Positions 46,121 to 54,853 of a stretch of DNA of 64,000 nt are shown piece by piece. Made by a program: the position numbers and the translations under genes. The notes under the pieces are model-generated. The model was not told the origin of the DNA. It made no database searches and was given only the letters and a program-made list of their open reading frames with translations. How positions within the stretch are numbered: the first letter of the stretch is position 1; each line of letters begins with the position of its first letter. The DNA comes from an uncultured cyanobacterium. Its GTDB lineage: Bacteria; Cyanobacteriota; Cyanobacteriia; Cyanobacteriales; Geitlerinemataceae. The stretch is taken from assembly GCA_937121005.1 (NCBI GenBank), contig CAKZKB010000529.1:48784-112783 (forward strand), in the 5' to 3' direction.

Positions 46121-47173
46121 TTAACCTCCGACTGCAACGCTGGCTTCCGAGGGATTAACAACCCAATGGCGAGCGGGTAAATCGGACGGACGCACCAGAA
46201 ACGGGCGATAGTATTCCAAATCCCCCAGCAACACTTGCACGTACTGGCGAACTTGATGCTGCAAGCACTGGCGATAGGTCAAATCGCCCCGAACCATCGG
46301 AGTCAAAGCGATCGTCCGCAGCCGTTGTTCCCAGCGATCGAGAAACGCTTCCAACAGCATTTGCGAACGGCACTCGCGGGCCTCAACTTGGGGAACCGGA
46401 GCGATGGAAAACTCCACCACCAAATCGTCAACTAGAACCGGACGAAACTCGGCCACCCAATCGCAAATTAGGGGGAACTCGCACTCGTCGGAGGTATGCA
46501 AGTATCCCAAAGCCGGATCGACCCCGACTTCGCGAGCGAAATTGTCCAGAGTTTGGTGCAGCAGCACTTCCCCGACGCGCAACAATTGGAATGGCGAATA
46601 GGGAAACGGTGCGGCCGGTAGGTGCAGCGCTTTGGCATACTGGAATAACAGCGTCCGAGCCAGCCATTCTTCCAAAGCGCGATCGTAGTACGCCGTCGCC
46701 GTCGCACTGTAACCGCGCAACACCTCTAAAGACGGAGCCGCCAGCACTTCGTCTTCGAGAACCTTGAGAATGCGCTGCGTCGCCGTAATAGCGGGAGTGG
46801 CTCCCAAACCCACCAACTTACGAAGGACAACGCTGCTGTTGTGGATTTTGGCTCGCAAGAAACTTTCGGCCAGTTCCCGATAGCGTTCGCGGTTCTCGCT
46901 CAAATCGATTTGCTGCCAATGTTGGCAAGAACGGGGAAGATAGGAACGTCCGGCAAACTGAGCGCGATCGTCGAACAACAGCACCGGAATGTCATGCGAT
47001 CGCGCTAAGGTTTCCGCTTCGCACGTCAGGTGACAGTTGCCAAATAGGGCAATTTGGGAGACCATCTTGGCCGCGATCGGGCGACTGATGGGCGTGCGAG
47101 TGCCAATTACGAAATACTGTCGCTTGGCACTTAACTGAGAACCCGGTTGGGTTAAATAAATTGCAGGCATCAC
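46121..47173 (-). CDS. cas1: Cas1 (adaptation module A)
   Basis: It is 350 aa. Supporting segments are IYLTQPGSQLSAKRQYF, LRGYSATATAYYDRAL, LGYLHTSDECEFPLICDWVAEFRPVLVDDLV and adjacency to cas2. Confidence 0.9.
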   Translation of the reverse strand: MMPAIYLTQPGSQLSAKRQYFVIGTRTPISRPIAAKMVSQIALFGNCHLTCEAETLARSHDIPVLLFDDRAQFAGRSYLPRSCQHWQQIDLSENRERYRELAESFLRAKIHNSSVVLRKLVGLGATPAITATQRILKVLEDEVLAAPSLEVLRGYSATATAYYDRALEEWLARTLLFQYAKALHLPAAPFPYSPFQLLRVGEVLLHQTLDNFAREVGVDPALGYLHTSDECEFPLICDWVAEFRPVLVDDLVVEFSIAPVPQVEARECRSQMLLEAFLDRWEQRLRTIALTPMVRGDLTYRQCLQHQVRQYVQVLLGDLEYYRPFLVRPSDLPARHWVVNPSEASVAVGG

Positions 47174-47292
47174 GAAGCCTCAATCTCTACGCTTCCCATC
47201 GTGACAACCGCGTATTTAAGTACGGATCTAAGTTCGTATTTGCCGAATATGACTTTTTCTGAGACTTTGGAGATTCCCCTGCGGGGACGCTA

Positions 47293-47393
47293 CCCCTTTG
47301 GGGAATTCAAAATTCAGAATTCAAAATTCACCAATTCAGAGTTCGCGCATTACGACTGCCCCATTTTTAATTTTGAATTGGAGCGCAGCGACA
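47293..47393 (+). repeat. ~100-bp composite dispersed repeat, copy 2
   Basis: CCCTTTGGGGAATTCAAAATTCAGAATTCAAAATTCACCAATTCAGAGTTCGCGCATTACGACTGCCCCATTTTTAATTTTGAATTGGAGCGCAGCGAC. It is in the same orientation as copy 1. Confidence 0.85.
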
Positions 47394-47508
47394 CTTGTCC
47401 TCTCAGTCGCGATCGAGTAACATGGTAGCTGAGTCGCCTTCACGCCAAGGCCATCCACGACATATTACTGTAGGGACGATTCTCTTAGGTCGCCGCTACG
47501 CGAACGCA

Positions 47509-48090
47509 ATGATTGTAACTCACCCCAAACTGACATTCGAGGAATACCTAAACTATGACGATGGAACCGACACCTACTACGAGCTCGTGGACGGAGAGTT
47601 AGTTGAAGTGCCTTTAGCCAGTCGGCGACATTGGAAAATCTCGAAACGGTTAGAGCGCTTGTTTGAAGAACAGATCGCCGAACTCAATTGTAACTGGGAT
47701 GTCGGACGCGGTGATGTTGGGGTGAAAACGCGAGGCGGCAAAAGCGACAACAACCGCATCCCCGATGTCGTTGTTTTCAACAGCGAGACCGACTCCATTC
47801 TCGATGAGTCTAATATCTTAACCGATGCGCCAATTCTGGTTGTAGAAATTGTTAGTCCCGGCAAAGCGAATCGCGAGCGAGACTACATTGAGAAACGCCG
47901 AGAATACGAACAGATTGGGATTCCAGAATATTGGATTGTCGATCCCGATCGGCAGCAAATTGTGTTGTTGTCTCTAGAAGGTAAAACCTATCGAGAAGAG
48001 GTTTATACAGGCGATCGTCCATTAGTTTCCTCTACCTTTCCGGGGCTAACACTAACGTGCGATCGCGTTTTGGGGAGTCTTAAGATATGA
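47509..48090 (+). CDS. Uma2-family (DUF820) putative endonuclease
   Basis: YELVDGELVEVP, IPDVVVF and PILVVEIVSPGKANRERDYIEKRREYEQIGIPEYWIVDP are present. The track ORF starts at 47395, but the ATG at 47509 fits the family N-terminus. Confidence 0.85.
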   Translation: MIVTHPKLTFEEYLNYDDGTDTYYELVDGELVEVPLASRRHWKISKRLERLFEEQIAELNCNWDVGRGDVGVKTRGGKSDNNRIPDVVVFNSETDSILDESNILTDAPILVVEIVSPGKANRERDYIEKRREYEQIGIPEYWIVDPDRQQIVLLSLEGKTYREEVYTGDRPLVSSTFPGLTLTCDRVLGSLKI

Positions 48091-48159
48091 TATGACATGG
48101 GCTAGTCGATCGCTATATCGACCCCATTTTTAATTTTTAATTGATAATTTTTAATTGAA

Positions 48160-51100
48160 TTAAGCGCCTTTCCATCCTAAAATGGTATTGGCAACCGTGC
48201 CATCGCAGTCAGGATGGGCCAAAACGCGATCGAGTAACGGGGAAGTATCGCCCTCAACCCGACGCACGGCTAAAGCGATCGCCTGTTGGTTTCTCGGCGG
48301 TAGCTTGTCGAAATCGCCCTCAACAATCTCCGTTAAAATATTAGGATAGGGACGAGCGATCGCCGCTAGCAAATCGATAGCTTTCGCCTGTTTGATTCGC
48401 CGAAAATCCATCCGCAGTAACAACTGGCGCGTCGCCTCAGCCAAAGCATCGGCCAGATCTTCTCGATGCAATTGTGCCACTGCATTGGCAGCTTTCACGA
48501 AGGTTCCCGTTGTCCCCGCATCTAATTGTTTGATATTATCCAAACGTTCCGGTAAGGCTTCGAGCCAGTGGAGGGCAACGGGTAAAATCGTTCCGTGACA
48601 GCGCACCCATTCGCAAATCAAACTGCAAAGCTGTTGAATAATTTTGCGATCGTCGTCCTCTGCTAAAGCCCGTAGCCAACACTCGAATAAAAACGAGTCA
48701 ATGCGTTCCATAGGGTGGTTTAACAGCGCGTCCAGACCCGCCAAACGAACTCCCGCAAATCGCGATGTACTCAGCGCCAGTAAAGGCTCTAAAGTGGCAA
48801 ATTCTCTCTCCTTTGATAACTCTTCTAACGCTCTAGCTGCTGCCTGTGCGGTTTTCTGTTTGTTTTGGGTGGCCAGAGCCACCAAACTTTGCAATGCTTC
48901 CTCGTCCGTTTGACCCCGTTCGCAAAAGCGATCGATGCGAGCCACTTGTAGAGCGGGCTCGTTGACTAGATGAGGCAACCTCTTGTCAAGATCGGGAAGG
49001 GCTTCGAGTAACGTCCGTCCCGTATATTTAGCTTGTTCGGCAACGGGCAACTGCTGCATCAATTCTACCAGCAGATCTCCGACCCAAGGACAGCCTTCTG
49101 CTAAGGATAAGATCGCCGAAACCCAAGATGAGGGTAACGCTCGTGCTAGGGGTTCGCACCAGGCAGCCAGACGATTGCTTTCTTGTCCCGTCAAACCGGG
49201 GGACGCAGCTTTCACCACCTCCACCAAAGGCGTACTTTGCTCCGGTGGCGGTTGGGGAAGCCCTAGCACTTGACGGGCGATCGCCGGGCCGCCTCCTTGC
49301 TCTGAGGCTTCGCGCAGGGCGAAGAAATTCAGGTGCAGCCGTCGCGATACCCCTTCGAGACAGTCATCAATAATGGCCGCGATCGCCGCTTCATCTTCGG
49401 GGATACAACGCCCCACAGCCCGCGCTTGTACGACTTCCAACCCCGGTTTCAGAGGATCGTGCAACCGTTCCAACCATTGGGAGCCACTCAGATCCGGGTC
49501 GAATGTCGCCGCTAACAGTTCCCCCAACAGGCGAGCTAAATTTTCGCTGAGGCGTTTGGGCATGGGTTCGGCAAAAATGCGATCGCGCAATTCCCGTTGG
49601 CAGTCTCTCTCGGTTCCCGGCATCAAGTGCAACTCGACAATCTTGATGCGGCTGCCTTCAGCGCAAATGCGGTAGTAGCGAGCTAGTACCCGCAAGATCT
49701 CCGGCTCCAGTCCTTGGGACGCTCTCGCCATCAACTCATCGACAAGCCAACCGCTCAACTGCAAGCGTTCCTGGTGTTTTCCGGCTTCTCCTCGGCGATC
49801 GATGGCAGCCAGAGCTTCTTCGAGTTTTTGCGATATGGAGGTTTCCCCCGCCACGAGCAAGTCGCCGCAGGCTTGGGCGGCACTGGAGGCGACCGATCGC
49901 TCTCCATTCTCTAATAAAACCACCACCATCGACCAGGCTGTTTCCATCAGGGGTACGGCTGCCGAAGCCAGGGCTTGGCGGAAAATATCTTGCTGTTGTT
50001 TGGGGGCCGCTAGGGCGATGGGGAACAACCGTTCTAAGGCCCGAGCCGTCTCTCGAGCGGCGGCGGCGAAGGAAACGGCTCGAAAAGCGGGAACGCGCTC
50101 GATGCCCAAAACATTTTCAATGGTTTCAAATTCACCATCGTCAACGATACTTAACAGTTGGCGAACGGACGGCCACCAGTAGCTCCCCGCAATTTCCCCT
50201 TCCGGTGTGGCTAGAAACTCTAACAGGCGATCGCGGGACGGACGAGCGCTGTGACGAGTGAGCCAATAAGCAATTGCATATTCGAGTAAAGTTTGGTGGA
50301 AAAAGTGGATTTTCCCGTTGGGAAGTTGTTCGATAACCCCTTCGCTGAGCAAGTCGTCGTAAGCCGATGCTACCGTTGGGGACACTTCGATATCCAGTTC
50401 GTCTAAATAGACTGACTCTTGCAAGCGGTCTCGAGAGCGATCGAACAGCCAGCGCGTCAAGTGCAAACAAAATCGCTCTTTTTCTAGAGCGAGGAACGAC
50501 GTTCGACTGCCCTCGCTGCGGCTGTAGGTGACTTTTTCATCCCAGTAACGGCGATAGAGTTTGCTCACCGTTAAATCCCTGGGAACCGTGCCATCTTTGG
50601 CAAATAAATCGCACAGCAGCGCCAACAGTAAGGGGTTTCGGGTAATTTCCTGGAGCGGGCGACTGTCGGCCGATAAAGAGAGAACGCGATCGGCAAAACT
50701 CGCACCGCGATCGAGTCCTGAATGCTTGCTCGCAAAGGCTACGGCGGCTTCTCTTACTTCGTCGTCGCTAAATTCAGGCACGTTGTAGCGGTAGAACCAA
50801 GGCACGAGAGCGGGTAACTTTTGGCGCACGGGTTCGAGGAAATCGGAGTATTCGCGATCGCGGCACGTAAAAACAATGGTCGTTCCGCTTTCAACTAAGT
50901 TCTCTAGAAGTGGTTGTAAAGCGGTAATAAAGGGGCGGTTAACGACTAAATCTAACGTATCGATTAACAGCGCTCCGCGTCCGTATTGGGCATTGAGACG
51001 ATCGGCGGCCGTGCAAATCGAATCGCTTTGGCAACCGGCCCCTATGGCAAAAGCGCGATCGAGGGATTCAACTGTTGGCGTTTCAATGGTTAAAGAGGCA

Positions 51101-51597
51101 CACAAAATCAATCCTACCCAGGGGGTTCCAGAGGCGACCAACAGATCGTAAATGTTACCGAGAATGGTGCTTTTTCCGTAACCGGCCGGGCCAATTAAAG
51201 GGACAATATGAGGGTCGGCTTCTAAAGTGCCCCGCTCGATGGAGGGCATAAATTTACTGCGGACGATTTCCCGTTCGATGCGATCGAGAATGCGCGGTGC
51301 CAAAGCGCGGCGAGTGCCGATCGCGCTGCGAGTCATGGCGTTGAGTTCGCTATCGTCGTCCCCATCATCTACTGATTCCGATGCGGCGATGTCTTCCCAA
51401 TGCAGGTCGAGACGTTGGCAAATGTCGATGAAAATGGTGCGATCGACGGGTTTGCCGTTAAAAAACTTGCTGATGGGAGTCCAGGACGCAATCCCCTCGT
51501 CGGTTGCCAGATATTTTTGCGTCCAGTTGCGCCCGGCCAAAATGGCTTTGGCTCGTTGGATCCCTTCTGCCGATGCTCGCAGCGATCGCCCTGACAT
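48160..51597 (-). CDS. HTH-like N-terminal domain + STAND (NACHT-type) P-loop NTPase + C-terminal HEAT/ARM-like repeats (1145 aa)
   Basis: The N-terminus (LRASAEGIQRAKAILAGRNWTQKYLATDEGIASWTPISKFFNGKPVDR) is HTH-like. Walker A is IGPAGYGKSTILG and Walker B-like is ALLIDTLDLV. The C-terminal ~600 aa is a long alpha-helical repeat region. Confidence 0.8.
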   Translation of the reverse strand: MSGRSLRASAEGIQRAKAILAGRNWTQKYLATDEGIASWTPISKFFNGKPVDRTIFIDICQRLDLHWEDIAASESVDDGDDDSELNAMTRSAIGTRRALAPRILDRIEREIVRSKFMPSIERGTLEADPHIVPLIGPAGYGKSTILGNIYDLLVASGTPWVGLILCASLTIETPTVESLDRAFAIGAGCQSDSICTAADRLNAQYGRGALLIDTLDLVVNRPFITALQPLLENLVESGTTIVFTCRDREYSDFLEPVRQKLPALVPWFYRYNVPEFSDDEVREAAVAFASKHSGLDRGASFADRVLSLSADSRPLQEITRNPLLLALLCDLFAKDGTVPRDLTVSKLYRRYWDEKVTYSRSEGSRTSFLALEKERFCLHLTRWLFDRSRDRLQESVYLDELDIEVSPTVASAYDDLLSEGVIEQLPNGKIHFFHQTLLEYAIAYWLTRHSARPSRDRLLEFLATPEGEIAGSYWWPSVRQLLSIVDDGEFETIENVLGIERVPAFRAVSFAAAARETARALERLFPIALAAPKQQQDIFRQALASAAVPLMETAWSMVVVLLENGERSVASSAAQACGDLLVAGETSISQKLEEALAAIDRRGEAGKHQERLQLSGWLVDELMARASQGLEPEILRVLARYYRICAEGSRIKIVELHLMPGTERDCQRELRDRIFAEPMPKRLSENLARLLGELLAATFDPDLSGSQWLERLHDPLKPGLEVVQARAVGRCIPEDEAAIAAIIDDCLEGVSRRLHLNFFALREASEQGGGPAIARQVLGLPQPPPEQSTPLVEVVKAASPGLTGQESNRLAAWCEPLARALPSSWVSAILSLAEGCPWVGDLLVELMQQLPVAEQAKYTGRTLLEALPDLDKRLPHLVNEPALQVARIDRFCERGQTDEEALQSLVALATQNKQKTAQAAARALEELSKEREFATLEPLLALSTSRFAGVRLAGLDALLNHPMERIDSFLFECWLRALAEDDDRKIIQQLCSLICEWVRCHGTILPVALHWLEALPERLDNIKQLDAGTTGTFVKAANAVAQLHREDLADALAEATRQLLLRMDFRRIKQAKAIDLLAAIARPYPNILTEIVEGDFDKLPPRNQQAIALAVRRVEGDTSPLLDRVLAHPDCDGTVANTILGWKGA

Positions 51598-51623
51598 AAC
51601 CGAATCTTCCGTTTTTTTCTAAG

Positions 51624-51665
51624 TTAAATACGAAGTCATACAACAAATATACGAACTTAAATACG
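51624..51665. promoter_or_regulatory. Direct repeat TTAAATACG x2 (33-bp spacing) in the divergent STAND/RT intergenic region
   Basis: TTAAATACG occurs at 51624-51632 and 51657-51665, with a third TATACGAA between them. The intergenic region is only 107 bp. Confidence 0.35.
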
Positions 51666-51704
51666 CTCTTGCAACCATAGAAACTGAAGCCATTCGGTGA
51701 AACT

Positions 51705-52604
51705 ATGGAACTTTCTACAGAAAGTCTGTTTGTCTCGTGGCAGCACGTTCGCCGGGGCAGTCGCAGTGCGGGTGTGGATGGGATGACGGTAGATTTATTC
51801 TCCGCCAATCTCCAGCACCAATTGCAAATTCTCTTGTTGCAGTTGCAACAGGAGCGCTACGCGGCTCGTCCCCTAAAAGGATTTTACGTTCCTAAAGCCA
51901 GTGGAGGAAAGCGGTTGCTCGGCATTCAAACCGTTCGCGATCGTCTTGTGGCTCGCTGGCTCCTCGACGAACTCTACTGGCCCCTCGAAAACACCTTCCA
52001 AGACAACAGTTACGCCTATCGTCCGGGGCGCGGCATTCAAGCGGCGGTGCGTCACTTCGGATCCTACTATAAGTCGGGTTCGGCTTGGGTGATTAAAGCC
52101 GATATCGAAAAGTTTTTCGATCGCCTCTGTTGGGCGCTGTTGCTGTCTCAGGTGGAGAAACTGGCTCCCGACGATCGCTTGGTCAGCGTTATCGAAGCCC
52201 AACTGAAAGCAGGGTTTGTCCTCAAAGGGCGATATTTCAATCCCGGTCAAGGGGTCGCCCAAGGCGCGGTGCTGTCGGGAGCCTTAGCAAACCTGTATCT
52301 CAATGAGTTCGATCGTCGCTGTCTCGATTCCCGGTTGCGCCTCGTCCGTTATGGCGACGATTTTGCCATAGCCTGCGACAGTTGGCAACAGGCCCAGCAA
52401 GTTCTCGAACGGATCCGGGAGTGGTTGGGAACGGTTTATCTCTCTTTGCAAGCCGATAAAACCCACGTTTATTCCCCCGAAGAAGAGTTCATCTTTTTGG
52501 GCCATCGCTTTAGCAAGGGTCAGCTGAACGACCCCATGCCTTCCACTCCGCTTCGCTATGCGCTCCGCGCAGGCTACGCCAACGTTCGTGGCAGGGGGTT
52601 CTAG
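51705..52604 (+). CDS. Reverse transcriptase (group-II-intron-like, CRISPR-associated class); the last ~25 codons are probably IS-derived read-through
   Basis: RT motifs: GVDGMT, YAYRPGRGIQAAV, IKADIEKFFD, GVAQGAVLSGALANLYL, VRYGDDFAIAC and KTHVYSPEEEFIFLGHRF. Confidence 0.9.
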   Translation: MELSTESLFVSWQHVRRGSRSAGVDGMTVDLFSANLQHQLQILLLQLQQERYAARPLKGFYVPKASGGKRLLGIQTVRDRLVARWLLDELYWPLENTFQDNSYAYRPGRGIQAAVRHFGSYYKSGSAWVIKADIEKFFDRLCWALLLSQVEKLAPDDRLVSVIEAQLKAGFVLKGRYFNPGQGVAQGAVLSGALANLYLNEFDRRCLDSRLRLVRYGDDFAIACDSWQQAQQVLERIREWLGTVYLSLQADKTHVYSPEEEFIFLGHRFSKGQLNDPMPSTPLRYALRAGYANVRGRGF

Positions 52605-54109
52605 CATTCACAACCTTTTCCCGACTCTCCCCCGACGCGAGGTACAACATTCGGGCTCTCAGTTGCTTCTACTAAAACATTTGGGGCCACTCGCTCTAAC
52701 TCTGAGAGTTTCCCAAAGGAGGACGGGACGCGCCCGTTCAATTGCGAGTTGATAAGCGCTTGCTGCCAAGCCGACCCCAGGAGCCGTTCCGCCCCTTCAG
52801 ACCAAACCTTTTGAGCTTGTTTAATTGACAGCAATTGTTCTTCACCCTCCACAAATCGGGCCAAGAACGCTGAATACAAATCCCGTTGGGCAACGACTCC
52901 GCAACGGCATTGATGCACTCGTTGAGACAAGGATTTTTTCTCTCGCCGTCCGCAGTGGCACGTCTGAGAAAGAGCCGTCGTGCGCGTGGGAAATTCCTCT
53001 AGCCGTCCGCCAGCATTTTCAGCTTTTTGCTTCAAGCGAGAGACAAAACTTCCCGGTGCGCGAAGCCCCACTGACTTACCAAAGCACTTCTGAAAAGCAC
53101 GATAGGAGAGCTTTTCAGTTTTGATTGTATGTCCTTGTCTTAAAATGTCGTTAGCCATGCGACCGTGCAAACTTTTACGGTGCGCGGCTAGACGGCGGTG
53201 AATGTTGGCAAGTCGAGTTTCTGTACGTCGTTGCCGTTGAGATTTGTGCCATTGTTTTTTTCCAGGTTTTATCGTGCCGTTGGGGTTGTAGTTTTGAGGG
53301 TTGTTGGCGCGGCGCTGGCGGTCAATTTGGCGTTGTAGCCGCCGAACTTGTCGCGTCTTGTCGCCGAGTTCGGCAGCGAAAAGAGACAATCGAGCCTCCT
53401 GGCTGCCGACAATAGCAATGGTTGAGGGGCCAAGGTCGAGACCGATGGTATCCGTGCCGATAGAATTGCTAGGCTTTTGTAAAGGTTTACCTTCGTTAAC
53501 CAACTGAGCGTAAAAACGGTTCTTGCCGTTATACTTGCGCCGTACCAAGCGCACGTATTTAATCCGAGAGTTGAGTCCGTGCAGGATAACCGGATCGTTA
53601 CTTTTTAGGAGAGGAGAAAGTTTGAGATCGCCCCACACAAAGCTGCCTTTTGCCCAACGGATGCCTTGTTTGTTCGTTTTCCCCTCTAGAGAATCCATTT
53701 GATTTTTACCCTTAAAGCGCACTCGCTTGGCACGACCGAATAAAAGGCGCTGGCTAGCCTTGAAGGCCCGAGTTGCTAGTGTTTGGGCAGTATTCGAGTC
53801 AATATGCTCGCCGATCCACGAATGGCGAATCCGAGTAGCGTAGGCATGAAGGGCATACTCGGAATAGTGAAATTCTTGGTTGACGACATTAAAGGCTCGG
53901 GTGCGCTCTTTCCCTGGCGGCATTTTTCGCGCTCGGGCGTGCGCCTTACTTTGTCTCATTAGCCTAACCCGTTTGAGAGCTTCACCCAAACAGGCATTGT
54001 AGAGTTGCCGTCCGGCTTCGAGCCGTACCAACAACACCTGTTCCTCGACCGGGTTAACCTGGAGAGGAATCTCGGTGATAAAGGTGGGCGTAGGCTGGCT
54101 TCTCGGCAT
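52601..54109 (-). CDS. tnpB: TnpB (IS200/IS605 accessory RNA-guided nuclease family), 502 aa
   Basis: It has a C-terminal zinc ribbon and RuvC-III region (CHCGRREKKSLSQRVHQCRCGVVAQRDLYSAFLA). A basic helical N-terminus and GLDLGPSTIAIV (RuvC-I) are present. Confidence 0.9.
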   Translation of the reverse strand: MPRSQPTPTFITEIPLQVNPVEEQVLLVRLEAGRQLYNACLGEALKRVRLMRQSKAHARARKMPPGKERTRAFNVVNQEFHYSEYALHAYATRIRHSWIGEHIDSNTAQTLATRAFKASQRLLFGRAKRVRFKGKNQMDSLEGKTNKQGIRWAKGSFVWGDLKLSPLLKSNDPVILHGLNSRIKYVRLVRRKYNGKNRFYAQLVNEGKPLQKPSNSIGTDTIGLDLGPSTIAIVGSQEARLSLFAAELGDKTRQVRRLQRQIDRQRRANNPQNYNPNGTIKPGKKQWHKSQRQRRTETRLANIHRRLAAHRKSLHGRMANDILRQGHTIKTEKLSYRAFQKCFGKSVGLRAPGSFVSRLKQKAENAGGRLEEFPTRTTALSQTCHCGRREKKSLSQRVHQCRCGVVAQRDLYSAFLARFVEGEEQLLSIKQAQKVWSEGAERLLGSAWQQALINSQLNGRVPSSFGKLSELERVAPNVLVEATESPNVVPRVGGESGKGCEC

Positions 54110-54160
54110 TGCCTGGTCTTTTTGTAGAGACTAAACTATTATACAGCTATAGCGTAACTA

Positions 54161-54565
54161 ATGCAAGAGATGACAGACTTTAAATCGAATCGCAATATTG
54201 TCTACTCCTGTACTTACCACGTTGTTTTTTGTCCGAAGTATCGCCGCCCCGTCTTAACGAATGGCGTTGACGAACGCTTAAAACAGATCGTTCGAGAGAT
54301 CCTTGCCGATCTCGAATGTGGCTTGCTAGAATTGGAAATTATGCCAGACCACGTACACTTGTTGGTTGGGGTCGATCCTCAGTTCGGCATTCACAAAGTT
54401 ATCAAGAGAATTAAAGGACAATCGTCCCGACTTTTAAGACAAGAATTTCCTTGGCTCAAAAGTCGGCTGCCCAGCTTGTGGACAAACAGCTACTTTGTGG
54501 CGACGGTTGGTGGCGCTCCGATTCAAGTTGTTAAGCAGTACATTGAAAACCAAAAGTCTCACTGA
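54161..54565 (+). CDS. tnpA: IS200-type Y1 (HUH) transposase TnpA
   Basis: YHVVFCPKYRRPVL, MPDHVHLLV and SLWTNSYFVATVGG are hallmark motifs. Confidence 0.95.
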   Translation: MQEMTDFKSNRNIVYSCTYHVVFCPKYRRPVLTNGVDERLKQIVREILADLECGLLELEIMPDHVHLLVGVDPQFGIHKVIKRIKGQSSRLLRQEFPWLKSRLPSLWTNSYFVATVGGAPIQVVKQYIENQKSH

Positions 54566-54853
54566 CAATAAGCGGAAAAGGCTGTCTCTGTGAGGGGTAG
54601 CACTTCCTCCCCATGTCTGAAGCCAGGGGCTACCGTGCTACCCCTCACGCTCCCCGATTTTCAGGTGTACGCGCCGCCGCCACCGCCGCCCGTACAGCTT
54701 CCGGGTTGGCGAATTTTCTCGCGCAGTTCGGGGGATCCGGGGCCGCGACCGGAGCCGAAACCGCCGCAATTAGTCGGCGCACCCCTCGCGTGCGATCGCC
54801 TCAAACCCGTTCGTTATTCTGTTGCCCGTTTAGAACACATTTGGAACTCTACC

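Larger units (their letters stand above)
52530..54650. mobile_element. IS200/IS605-family insertion (divergent tnpB and tnpA); boundaries are approximate
   Basis: The Y1 transposase and TnpB genes are present. A 14-bp perfect inverted repeat (GTGAGGGGTAGCAC at 54589-54602, GTGCTACCCCTCAC at 54635-54648) lies beyond the tnpA stop. The tnpB stop shares CTAG with the RT stop. Confidence 0.7.

Noticed and set aside
48392-51622. Plus-strand ORFs of 60-130 aa antisense to the STAND NTPase gene, and 51458..51808 on the minus strand
   Set aside because: They are Arg/Ser/Ala-rich shadows with no motifs, fully contained within the 1145-aa gene or spanning the divergent promoter.
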